A stretch of 64,000 nucleotides of DNA, from the NCBI GenBank assembly GCA_027317865.1, contig DAHVQG010000015.1, forward strand, positions 2,028 to 66,027, in the 5' to 3' direction. The notes under the pieces are model-generated. The model worked only from the letters and a program-made list of their open reading frames with translations. It was not told the DNA's origin and searched no databases. Positions 36,918-46,152 of this stretch are shown piece by piece (positions within the stretch are counted from its first letter, which is position 1; every line of letters starts with the position of its first letter). The stretch is from Bdellovibrionales bacterium (GTDB lineage: Bacteria; Bdellovibrionota; Bdellovibrionia; Bdellovibrionales; UBA1609). The position numbers and the translations under genes are program-made.

Positions 36918-39900
36918 ATGAGTTCGCAATTTGTACATCTTCATGTTCACTCGCAGTATTCATTGCTGGAGGCGACCTGCGAATTTACGAGTCTGTGCGC
37001 GCGAGCGAAAGATTTTGGCATGCCGGCGGTTGCGCTTACCGATTACGGTAACATGTTCGGCGCGATTGAGTTTTATTTTGCGGCAAAAAAAGCGGGGATA
37101 AAGCCCATTATCGGTCTTGAAGTCTACTTGGCGCCGCGCGGGCGAAAGGTAAAAGGTGAAAACCCTGAAGCGGCCCGGCTGCCGAATCGGCGGTTGGTGC
37201 TTCTCGCGCAGAACTATGCCGGTTATCAGACGTTGTGCCGCATTTCTTCGATCGGCTACCAGGAGGGTTTTTACTACCGCCCGCGTATCGATGATGAGGT
37301 TTTGCTCACCAACAACAACGATTTAATCGCGATATCGGGCTCTCTGATGGGTGATGTCGCATGGACGTTTAAAAATTTGGGTGAAGAGCGTGCTGGGGAA
37401 CGGCTCGATTTTTATCAAAATCTTTTTGGTGACCGATTTTATTTAGAGCTCAACCGGACTGGACTTAAAGATTGGGATGAAGTTTCACCTTATCTGATCG
37501 CTGAGTCAAAAAATCGCAACATAAAACTTGTCGCGACGAATGACGTGCACTATACGCTGCCGCAAGATCAAGTGGCGCAAGAAGTATTAATCTGTATTGG
37601 CACGAATAAAACGTTGCAAGATCCGGCGCGTTTTCGTTTGGGATCTGACCAATTTTATTTCAAAAGTGCCGAGCAAATGCGGGAGTTGTTTCGTGATCTG
37701 CCCGAAGCTTGTGATACTACGCTAGAAATCGCCGAACGCTGTAATTTGGAATTTCAACTGAAATCGCCGGATGGCAAACCGATTTACCATTTGCCGTCGT
37801 ATCCAACCGAAAACAATGTTTCGCTCAAAGATGAAATTGAACGGATGGCGCGATTGGGTCTCGAACGCCGGTTTCGTGAACACGCGGCGCGCGGCGAACC
37901 GGTAGCGGAAGAAAATAAGCCCCGGTATTTCGAGCGGCTTGAGTACGAGCTCAAGGTGATCGATCAGATGGGATTTAATGGGTACTATCTGATCGTTCAG
38001 GACTTTATCAACTGGGCGAAATCCAATGGTGTACCGGTCGGTCCGGGTCGCGGCTCCGGCGCAGGGTCGCTTGTCGCTTTTTCACTCGGGATTACCGATC
38101 TCGACCCGATGGCGTACAATTTGATCTTCGAGCGATTTTTAAATCCGGAACGAATTTCGATGCCCGATTTCGACGTCGATTTTTGCCAAGATAATCGCGG
38201 GCGCGTGATCGATTACGTAACGAAGAAATACGGGGAGCGCTCGGTTTCGCAAATTATTACGTTCGGTAAACTTCAAGCCAAGGCCGCCATTCGTGATGTT
38301 GGCCGTGTCCTCGGTATGACTTATGGAGAAGTGGACGTCGTCGCAAAGTTGGTCCCCGAAAAATTGGGAATTACGCTTAATGAAGCGATCGAGACGGAGC
38401 CGCGATTACGTGAACTCATTGACGACGATCCGAAAATTGCCACTCTTCTTGATTTAGCAAAAAAGATAGAGGGGCTTACGCGCCATGCGGGCATTCACGC
38501 GGCAGGGGTGATTATCGCGGATGGAGATATTGTCAGTCACGCGCCACTATACAAAGGCGGTGACGGCGAGAATATCGTTCAGTTCGACATGAAGCACTCA
38601 GAAAAGTTGGGTTTAATCAAATTCGACTTTCTGGGGCTTACAACGCTTACTCATATTCAAAACACATTCGAGTTAATAGAAAAGAATCGCGGTAAGAAAA
38701 TTGCATCGACCGATATTTCGCTTAAAGATCCCAATGTCTACGGCATTATGAGCCGAGGTGACACCGCGGGGATATTCCAGTTTGAAGGTGAAGGGATCAC
38801 TGACCTTATCCGCAAAGCTCAACCGACCCGGTTCGAAGACATTGTTGCCATTAACGCTCTATATCGGCCGGGTCCGATGGATATGATCCCCGAGTGGCTC
38901 GAGCGCCGCAGCGGGCACCGGTCGGTTGAATATATATTTCCGGAGCTTGAGTCGATTCTGAAAGAAACTCACGGGATTATTGTTTACCAAGAGCAGGTGA
39001 TGCTCATCGCGGCCCGCATCGCAAATTACTCACTGGGTGAAGCAGACATTCTTCGAAAGGCAATGGGTAAGAAAATTGCCGCTGAAATGGTTAAACAGAA
39101 ATCGCGTTTTCTCGACGGCGCAAAAAAGAATGGCTTCGACGCGCAGAAATCAGAAGAATTGTTCGATTTGATGGCGAAATTTGCTGAGTATGGGTTCAAT
39201 AAATCGCACGCCGCTGTTTATTGCGTCATCGCCGCCTACACCGCGTATTTGAAACATTATTATCCGACAGAATTTTACGCCGCACTTCTTACAACTTCGT
39301 CCAGCGACACCGACAAAGTGGTCAAATATGTGAAAGACGCAAGATTGCACGGGATTCATGTTCGCCCGCCGCATATCAACGTTTCGGAATTTAAATTTAG
39401 CGTCGATGGCGATGATATAGTTTTTTCGTTAGGAGCGATCAAAGGCGTAGGACAATCGGCCGTTGAGGCAATAGTTGAAGCACGTAAGGCGCAGCCTGAC
39501 AGTCGTTTTACAACGCTCGAAGATTTTTTTGCGTCGGTTGATTTAAGGCGCGTCAATAAAAAAACAGTGGAATGTCTAATCAAAGCCGGCGCCCTTGATG
39601 ATTACGGATTCAATCGTTCTGAACTGATGCAGGGTTATGGCAAATTTATAGAGCGCGCCGAAGCGAAACGCCGCGACGAAGCGCTCGGGCAGTCGAGTTT
39701 GTTTGCAATGACGGAAAATTCCGATCAGGACTCGGTCAAACTCGATCCGTGCGCGGAGTGGTCACGTTCGGCAAAACTCGCTTTTGAAAAAGAAGTGCTA
39801 GGATTTTATTTGAGCGGCCATCCGCTGGATTCTTACGGCAATCTTCTTTCGCGTTATACGACGGGGACGGTATTCGAGCTAGAAAAGACTCCGTCCAAGT

Positions 39901-40412
39901 CAAAGGTTGTGATTGCGGGTTTGGTGACAAACCTCAAAGAGATTATCACAAAAAAAGGGACGCGCATGGCCTTCGGCAACCTTGAAGATACCACGGGGGC
40001 GCTTGAGCTTGTGATATTTCCAGATGTGTTTGCGCAAACCGAACAAATGCTTAAGTCGGACGGAGCTTTGATTGTTTCGGGGGCGCTTGAAAAATCAGAA
40101 GACGACACCGGGGGCCGAGCGAGTCTTAAAATCATCGTTGAAAAGGTACAACAGGCAACAGACATTCTAAAAAGAGCGAAACGACTGACGATCGAAATCG
40201 ACATGAATAAGCTCCCAAAGCTTGCTTTACTTAAAGAGGCACTTGAGAAACATCCTGGGCAAACAACGTGCTCTTTAACCGTACGTCTTTCGGATATTGA
40301 AAAAATCGTCGACATGGAGATCACCTCGCCACGCGGAGTCGAACTCAATCCTCAATTGTTTGAAACAGTATCAACCGTTTTACCGGAACCGAACTGGACT
40401 TTGACTGATTAA
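36918..40412 (+). CDS. dnaE: DNA polymerase III alpha subunit
   Basis: PHP domain FVHLHVHSQYSLLEA, FERFLNPERISMPDFDVDF and GLIKFDFLGL. About 1164 aa from ATG 36918, with GGGAG 7 nt upstream. Confidence 0.95.
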   Translation: MSSQFVHLHVHSQYSLLEATCEFTSLCARAKDFGMPAVALTDYGNMFGAIEFYFAAKKAGIKPIIGLEVYLAPRGRKVKGENPEAARLPNRRLVLLAQNYAGYQTLCRISSIGYQEGFYYRPRIDDEVLLTNNNDLIAISGSLMGDVAWTFKNLGEERAGERLDFYQNLFGDRFYLELNRTGLKDWDEVSPYLIAESKNRNIKLVATNDVHYTLPQDQVAQEVLICIGTNKTLQDPARFRLGSDQFYFKSAEQMRELFRDLPEACDTTLEIAERCNLEFQLKSPDGKPIYHLPSYPTENNVSLKDEIERMARLGLERRFREHAARGEPVAEENKPRYFERLEYELKVIDQMGFNGYYLIVQDFINWAKSNGVPVGPGRGSGAGSLVAFSLGITDLDPMAYNLIFERFLNPERISMPDFDVDFCQDNRGRVIDYVTKKYGERSVSQIITFGKLQAKAAIRDVGRVLGMTYGEVDVVAKLVPEKLGITLNEAIETEPRLRELIDDDPKIATLLDLAKKIEGLTRHAGIHAAGVIIADGDIVSHAPLYKGGDGENIVQFDMKHSEKLGLIKFDFLGLTTLTHIQNTFELIEKNRGKKIASTDISLKDPNVYGIMSRGDTAGIFQFEGEGITDLIRKAQPTRFEDIVAINALYRPGPMDMIPEWLERRSGHRSVEYIFPELESILKETHGIIVYQEQVMLIAARIANYSLGEADILRKAMGKKIAAEMVKQKSRFLDGAKKNGFDAQKSEELFDLMAKFAEYGFNKSHAAVYCVIAAYTAYLKHYYPTEFYAALLTTSSSDTDKVVKYVKDARLHGIHVRPPHINVSEFKFSVDGDDIVFSLGAIKGVGQSAVEAIVEARKAQPDSRFTTLEDFFASVDLRRVNKKTVECLIKAGALDDYGFNRSELMQGYGKFIERAEAKRRDEALGQSSLFAMTENSDQDSVKLDPCAEWSRSAKLAFEKEVLGFYLSGHPLDSYGNLLSRYTTGTVFELEKTPSKSKVVIAGLVTNLKEIITKKGTRMAFGNLEDTTGALELVIFPDVFAQTEQMLKSDGALIVSGALEKSEDDTGGRASLKIIVEKVQQATDILKRAKRLTIEIDMNKLPKLALLKEALEKHPGQTTCSLTVRLSDIEKIVDMEITSPRGVELNPQLFETVSTVLPEPNWTLTD

Positions 40413-40436
40413 GAGTGAGAGCCTAAATTAAAAGCT

Positions 40437-41681
40437 GTGTCTGCAGATACATGCCGTAACCGGCCGCTTGTACAAATCGTTTTTTTGGTAGCTGTTTCGC
40501 TCGGCCTTGGTATTTTGAGTTTTATCTTACCGGCTAATGCGCGCGCGCAAGGTGTTCTCAACATCACAAAACAAGAATCGGTGCAGACCAACGATGGTTC
40601 GACCGCGCAAGATCAATTGATGAACCAGGCTATTAAAGACGTCTCTCGTCAATACATCGCGGGGTTTATCGGCGAAAAGCGGGCGGCGGAATTAAAAGAT
40701 GCGATTGACGACAAGATCATTAAAAACTCGTCGCGATATATTCTCAGTATGAGCGGCGAAAATTTGACTCAAAATAACAATACGTATTCGATGGCCGTCC
40801 AATTAACTTTGTCGCTTACAGCGTTGCGATCGATGCTGCTTGCGAACGGGTTTCTATATAAATTTTCGGGACCGCCAAAAGTACTACCGATTATAAAATA
40901 CGTTGACCGGGTTAACGCTCGTAGTTACGGGTGGTGGTATAATCCGGCGTCGAGAGATTACGGCGATTTGCGTTCGGATGCGATTTTATTTGATCGGACT
41001 CTTAAGGGTACACTTTTGAATGTTGGATTTTATTCGTTATCACCGGTTGCGAGCCGGCTGCGAAATTCCATCCCCGAACCGTACCGGAATGAAAATCTTC
41101 AGCAAATTGACGCTCTTTTTCTGGGCGAGTATTTGAAAAGCCCCGTTGTCTTGCGGGGGCAAGTCGTGTTTCTTACGCCGCCGCAGACGTTAAATATTAC
41201 TCAGATCGACATTCGCCTTAGAGCTCTGTACGCGGGTACGGGGCGATTGTTAGCCGAGATTAACCGGACTTATACGACAGATCCAGGGCCGTTTCTTCAA
41301 GTCGTTACCGATAAGCTCAATGCGGTGATACCGCAAATTTGTAAAAATTTGGCCGCGCAACTTTCAGACGTATGGCGGCGCGGGACATTCGGTACGTCGG
41401 TTATTCGAGTGAAAGTTCATGGCGATCTTTCGCCCAAGCAATTTGAAGATTTTCAATCCGCGGTCCTTCTCAGCGTTCACGACGTGAAAGCATTTAACGA
41501 ACGCATCATCGCGGCTCACGAAGTGACCTATGATGCTGACGCATCAAATTCTCCCCGTCAGGTGGCCCAAGAATTTCAGCGGGCCGGTTTTAACCAGTAC
41601 AAAGTTCGGGTTACCGACGTGAGTCCTGATGGAGTGTCTCTTTACGTGCGGGTGCTTGCTGATCATGCAAACGGCGCTTAA
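40437..41681 (+). CDS. Hypothetical secreted/periplasmic protein (414 aa)
   Basis: GTG start. Signal peptide LVQIVFLVAVSLGLGILSFILPANARA|QG. Mixed alpha/beta with no recognised family. Sits 24 nt after dnaE. Confidence 0.55.
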   Translation: MSADTCRNRPLVQIVFLVAVSLGLGILSFILPANARAQGVLNITKQESVQTNDGSTAQDQLMNQAIKDVSRQYIAGFIGEKRAAELKDAIDDKIIKNSSRYILSMSGENLTQNNNTYSMAVQLTLSLTALRSMLLANGFLYKFSGPPKVLPIIKYVDRVNARSYGWWYNPASRDYGDLRSDAILFDRTLKGTLLNVGFYSLSPVASRLRNSIPEPYRNENLQQIDALFLGEYLKSPVVLRGQVVFLTPPQTLNITQIDIRLRALYAGTGRLLAEINRTYTTDPGPFLQVVTDKLNAVIPQICKNLAAQLSDVWRRGTFGTSVIRVKVHGDLSPKQFEDFQSAVLLSVHDVKAFNERIIAAHEVTYDADASNSPRQVAQEFQRAGFNQYKVRVTDVSPDGVSLYVRVLADHANGA

Positions 41682-41690
41682 CCTTAGAAT

Positions 41691-42662
41691 ATGTCGTGCT
41701 TTGAGATGAAACCGGGCTTTCGAGCGGCGACGATTTCACTTTGCCTATTTTTGTTTGGACCAGGGGTCTTGACCGGCTGTGAGATCATGAATGCCCAGCC
41801 AAATAATTCGACTTATGGCAGGCCTGAAGTTCGCGATGTGACGTGGGCCGCCCGTAATAATGGGGATTTGCGTAAGAAGATTATTGTTCTACCGTTTCTT
41901 GACGCAAATAATGATCCGCCTTCAGTTAAAGCCATGGCCAGGCATATTCTTGTTCGCGAGTTAGTCAGCACAGGCGAGTTTATCGTGATTAATAACGATA
42001 ATATTCCCGAAGACATTCATACGTTTATCAAAAACAACGATTACGATATGTCCGCCGTTTCACGAGTGGCGGAAACTTTAGGCGTGGCCGCAGTGATCGA
42101 AGGCAAAATTATTAATCTTCAAACACAAAATCTAGGGGATTCGATCGGGCTATTTCGCACCCTGCGAACAAAAGCACGTGCGACGATTCGGATTCGCGCA
42201 TATTCGGCAAACACCGGTAAGCAAATGTTGAATGTCACACGACAAGCCACCGTCGAATCGGATACGACTCAGTTTGCTAACAGCGAACCGAAAGAAGTGG
42301 AGTTGCAAAATGATCCAGCCCTGGATCGTTTGGCGGTAACGAAGGTCATCCATCAAACCGTGGGTGATATTATGCGTACGGTAAATGTCCTTTCGTGGCA
42401 GGGGCGAATTGCTTTGATTAGCGGCGATAAGGTTTATATCGACGCCGGGCGCTTATCCGGAATTCAAATCGGCGATATTTTGCGTGTGAGTGAAAAGGGG
42501 CAAGAGGTATTTGATCCGCAAACGGGTGTTTACATTGGCACGGCTCCCGGTCGTATGATGGGCACGCTTGAAGTGGTAAGTTATTTCGGTAAAGACGGAG
42601 CTATTGCCATTATTCATTCTGGCGGCGGGTTTAAAGAAAACGACTTGGTTGAGATGTACTGA
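41691..42662 (+). CDS. Hypothetical lipoprotein with a CsgG/LpoB-like N-domain pattern and a small beta-barrel-like C-domain
   Basis: Lipobox GVLTGC. KKIIVLPFLDANND...ARHILVRELVSTGEFIVINNDN...LGVAAVIEGKI resembles the periplasmic lipoprotein fold of the CsgG/LpoB type. The C-terminal part reads GDKVYIDAGRLSGIQIGDILRV.... Confidence 0.55.
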   Translation: MSCFEMKPGFRAATISLCLFLFGPGVLTGCEIMNAQPNNSTYGRPEVRDVTWAARNNGDLRKKIIVLPFLDANNDPPSVKAMARHILVRELVSTGEFIVINNDNIPEDIHTFIKNNDYDMSAVSRVAETLGVAAVIEGKIINLQTQNLGDSIGLFRTLRTKARATIRIRAYSANTGKQMLNVTRQATVESDTTQFANSEPKEVELQNDPALDRLAVTKVIHQTVGDIMRTVNVLSWQGRIALISGDKVYIDAGRLSGIQIGDILRVSEKGQEVFDPQTGVYIGTAPGRMMGTLEVVSYFGKDGAIAIIHSGGGFKENDLVEMY

Positions 42663-43393
42663 TGGCACAGTTACAGTTGCGTCCTAATTGGCTCGGAAAA
42701 ATCGATTACGTGTCGGGTGTTCGGGCTGTCGAGATTGAACGGCAAGAGATAGCCGCACAAGAAGCGCTCGATCTTAAAATTGCGTCGCACACGATATTCG
42801 GGATGGAGCACCCCTTGACCATCACGCTAGGTAAGCGAGCCGATCCGCTCCAAGATATTTGCGTGAGCGTTAAAATCCTCAAAGAGCGGGATGTTCGAAT
42901 TGTAGCGGTAGATCGCGGCGGCCAAGCGACGCTTCATAATCCAGGCCAGCTTGTGATTTATCCTCACCTTCATTTGCCAACTTGGGGAGTTGGGGTGCGC
43001 AATTTTGTCAACTGTTTGCAACTTGCGACTCATAACTTTCTTAACGATTTCGGTGTCGTTTCATACACCCAACCAGGCGAGCCAGGACTTTACACAGAAC
43101 GAGGTAAAATCGCCTTCTTTGGTTTACGAATTAAAAATGGATGGAGTTCGCATGGTTTGGCCATCAACGTTTATAACCGTGTTGAAGACTTCAAACTGAT
43201 TCGGCCCTGTGGGCAAAAAGATCAAAAAATTTGCTCCCTTGCGGATTGGTTGGATGTACGCGAAAACCCGCCCGAGTTGCCGCAACTGTTCGAAAAATGG
43301 TGTACTCATTTCGAGCAGATTTTGAGGTATCAAAACGAGTCGTTCGTTAACACGTCGAACTTGACCGGCGCGACAGCTCCACTTATGTTGTGA
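42662..43393 (+). CDS. lipB: Octanoyltransferase LipB
   Basis: VDRGGQATLHNPGQLVIYP and a later GLRIKNGWSSHGLAINV. The ATG overlaps the upstream stop by 1 nt. Confidence 0.85.
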   Translation: MAQLQLRPNWLGKIDYVSGVRAVEIERQEIAAQEALDLKIASHTIFGMEHPLTITLGKRADPLQDICVSVKILKERDVRIVAVDRGGQATLHNPGQLVIYPHLHLPTWGVGVRNFVNCLQLATHNFLNDFGVVSYTQPGEPGLYTERGKIAFFGLRIKNGWSSHGLAINVYNRVEDFKLIRPCGQKDQKICSLADWLDVRENPPELPQLFEKWCTHFEQILRYQNESFVNTSNLTGATAPLML

Positions 43394-43431
43394 CATGCTT
43401 TGGGCGGTGACCTCCGCTCAAGGGCTCAAAT

Positions 43432-43508
43432 GCGGATATAGCTCAGTTGGTTAGAGCGCCACGTCGACATCGTGGAGGTCCACCGTTCGAGTCGGTGTAT
43501 CCGCACCA
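43432..43508 (+). tRNA. tRNA-Val (anticodon GAC), CCA encoded, with C at position 33
   Basis: Manual cloverleaf: acceptor GCGGATA/TATCCGC, D arm GCTC-AGTTGGTTA-GAGC, anticodon arm CCACG-TCGACAT-CGTGG, variable AGGTC, T arm CACCG-TTCGAGT-CGGTG, then ACCA. It aligns position by position with my memory of E. coli tRNA-Val(GAC). Confidence 0.9.
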
Positions 43509-43520
43509 TTGTGCCGACCG

Positions 43521-44615
43521 CTATTTGCCGGTTCCGGCGCTACAATTCAGTGCAGTACCGACAATGAACGAGCCGCCGGATAGACCCAGCGTATTGGCGA
43601 TTAACGTAAACGGTTGGGGAACGCCTGCTCCACCTGAAAGATTAACCTCGGCATCAGGAAAGTACAGTACCCCGCTAATCGTTCCGTTCGCATTGCCGCT
43701 TAAACTTGCCGGCATGGCGTTGGTTCGCGATTGAAAGATAGTGATTCCCGATGACGTTGTGCCACACGATACTGGCGAAAGCGTGACATTCGAACCGCCG
43801 CTGAAACTAATTGAACCGCTATCGATGTACAGAAATACGTTTTTACCTACGAGCGTCGATCCGCCTGATACGGAAATGCCGTTATCGATAAAATATGTTC
43901 CAGAGCTCAACGTGACAGTTGAGTTGCCGCTGACACTAATGCCTGAAGTGTAGTCACCAGGTTGCAATGTTACGGTTGTATCACCTGAAATGCGCCCGTC
44001 TGAATAACTCGTTAAATTGGCAGATGATGGAGCCGCTAAATTGGCAAACGGGTCAAGAGTTGGATTCACACCCGTTGCAATCGGACCAGAAACAGATGCT
44101 CCTCCTGAGGTTACAATGTTACCTGTGACATTGACTTGAGACCCTTGCACAAGGGCATAACCTGAAAGTACGGCCGCCGAATTGCTCATCGAATTGACAA
44201 TTACCGAACCCGCAGCTTTTATGCTGGCGTTACCTGAAAGATCCAGGGCGCCAGAGTATGCGGGGTTCAAAACTAAGATGCTGAGATCGGCCAATTGCGC
44301 CGGGCTAAGAGGCACGCTAGGCGGCGGAGTTATGCTGGTCGTATTGGTGTTGCCGTTTGAGTTTGAACCGGTGTTGCCAGTGCCGGGGTTACCGGACCCC
44401 CCGTTGCTAGTGCCAGTGTTACCGGCGCCAGGATTACCGGAACCATTGCCGTAGCCGTTTCCAATGTTGGAATTAGGGCCGCCATTACCCGAATCCGGAA
44501 TTGTCACCCGCTGAGCTAGGGTACTAAATTTAACACCACTACAGTTTTGAAACGCAAAGACAGTAGCCGCTGCCAGCAAGGTTAAAGCATAATTCGAGCG
44601 TTTATTGAATTTCAT
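43521..44615 (-). CDS. Secreted/lipoprotein beta-helix protein with a Gly/Asn-rich linker and a TadG-like C-terminal region
   Basis: ATG 44615 has a GGAGGGG Shine-Dalgarno. MKFNKRSNYALTLLAAATVFAFQNC looks like a signal peptide or lipobox. GNGYGNGSGNPGAGNTG... is low complexity. SG-rich rungs end in GVLYFPDAEVNLSGG...LIANTLGLSGG. Confidence 0.6.
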   Translation of the reverse strand: MKFNKRSNYALTLLAAATVFAFQNCSGVKFSTLAQRVTIPDSGNGGPNSNIGNGYGNGSGNPGAGNTGTSNGGSGNPGTGNTGSNSNGNTNTTSITPPPSVPLSPAQLADLSILVLNPAYSGALDLSGNASIKAAGSVIVNSMSNSAAVLSGYALVQGSQVNVTGNIVTSGGASVSGPIATGVNPTLDPFANLAAPSSANLTSYSDGRISGDTTVTLQPGDYTSGISVSGNSTVTLSSGTYFIDNGISVSGGSTLVGKNVFLYIDSGSISFSGGSNVTLSPVSCGTTSSGITIFQSRTNAMPASLSGNANGTISGVLYFPDAEVNLSGGAGVPQPFTLIANTLGLSGGSFIVGTALNCSAGTGK

Positions 44616-44832
44616 GGTACCCCTCCCCATGCATTAGATTGATACAATTTCTATGCCGCGCGGGGAGAGGCTAAACTGTCAACCGACCATATATTGTGGT
44701 TACTGTTTGTACAGGCGTAAATTAAATAGGCAGTACGGCATGATCTTGCGCGCCAATTCGTGATTTTCTAAAAACGGTAGTCTAAAAAATTTAATAGCCG
44801 ATTAATCTAAAAGACAGACAAAGGATAGCACC

Positions 44833-46152
44833 ATGAATGCGCCTCAATTCAAAAAACTCAATCCACCAAAAAATGGCGAAGCGATAACTATGAGTTCAAG
44901 CGGCCTCAAAGTTCCAAATCGCCCTATAATTCCTTACATTGAGGGAGATGGAACAGGCCCGGATATTTGGCGTGCGGCTCAACATGTTTTTGATACCGCC
45001 GTGAAGAAGGCTTACAAAGGTGATCGCCAAATTGAATGGTTTGAAGTTTTCGCCGGCGAAAAATCGTTCAAAACGTGGAATGATTGGTTGCCTGAAGATA
45101 CGCTCACAGCATTCAGGCACTATCTCGTGTCGATAAAGGGTCCTCTGACCACGCCGATTGGTAAAGGAATGCGTTCACTCAACGTGGCCATACGGCAAAT
45201 GCTTGATCTTTACGTTTGCCTGCGGCCCGTTAAGTATTTTTCAGGCGTACCGTCGCCCGTGCGAAATCCGCAAGATGTGGATATGGTGATCTTTCGCGAA
45301 AATACCGAAGACATCTACGCGGGGATAGAATTTGAAAAAGACACCGACGATGTTAAAAAGGTTCTCGAGTTTTTGAAGATGACCTTTCCAAAGTCATACG
45401 AAAAAATTCGATTTCCGGGTACAGCCGCCATCGGTATTAAACCGGTTTCGAAAGAAGGCAGTGAGCGGCTCGTTCGCGCGGCGATCGAATATGCGATTGC
45501 TCATAAAAGGCCGTCGGTTACGTTGGTTCATAAGGGCAATATCATGAAATTCACCGAGGGCGGTTTTCGCAATTGGGGCTATGAACTTGCTGAGAAGGAG
45601 TTCGGGCAAAAAACATATACTTGGCAAACATGGGAGAAAACCAAAGCTTCTAAGGGTGAAGAGGCGGCAAACAAAGAACTCGAGCAGGCACAAAAATCGG
45701 GCAAGATTTTAATTAAAGATGCCATTGCTGATATTGCGCTCCAACAAGTTTTAACGCGACCACGTGACTTCAGTGTTATCGCCACTCTCAATCTAAATGG
45801 TGATTATTTGTCAGATGCATTAGCGGCGCAGGTCGGTGGAATTGGTATTGCTCCAGGAGGCAACATCAATTACAAAACGGGACATGCCGTGTTTGAAGCC
45901 ACTCACGGTACAGCTCCGAAGTATGCGGGCCTCGACAAAGTAAATCCCGGGTCCGTCATTTTATCAGGTGAGATGATGTTTCGGCATCTGGGTTGGCACG
46001 AAGCGGCCGACCTCATTATCAAAGGCATGTTGAGCGCCATTGAATCGCGTACTGTCACCTACGATTTTGCGCGACTCATGAAAAGCGAAGGTCTGACGCC
46101 CACCGAAGTAAAGTGCTCGGAATTCGGCCGGACTGTTGCCGACCGAATGTGA
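44833..46152 (+). CDS. icd: NADP-dependent isocitrate dehydrogenase
   Basis: [45 protein letters not shown] and [13 protein letters not shown]. Confidence 0.95.
   Translation: MNAPQFKKLNPPKNGEAITMSSSGLKVPNRPIIPYIEGDGTGPDIWRAAQHVFDTAVKKAYKGDRQIEWFEVFAGEKSFKTWNDWLPEDTLTAFRHYLVSIKGPLTTPIGKGMRSLNVAIRQMLDLYVCLRPVKYFSGVPSPVRNPQDVDMVIFRENTEDIYAGIEFEKDTDDVKKVLEFLKMTFPKSYEKIRFPGTAAIGIKPVSKEGSERLVRAAIEYAIAHKRPSVTLVHKGNIMKFTEGGFRNWGYELAEKEFGQKTYTWQTWEKTKASKGEEAANKELEQAQKSGKILIKDAIADIALQQVLTRPRDFSVIATLNLNGDYLSDALAAQVGGIGIAPGGNINYKTGHAVFEATHGTAPKYAGLDKVNPGSVILSGEMMFRHLGWHEAADLIIKGMLSAIESRTVTYDFARLMKSEGLTPTEVKCSEFGRTVADRM

Noticed and set aside
43394-44832. tRNA-Val as an integration site for a genomic islet carrying the beta-helix gene
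   Set aside because: There is no integrase, no other mobile genes and no direct repeat of the tRNA 3' end that I could find by eye up to icd. GC content looks similar to the flanks. A computational repeat search could still overturn this.
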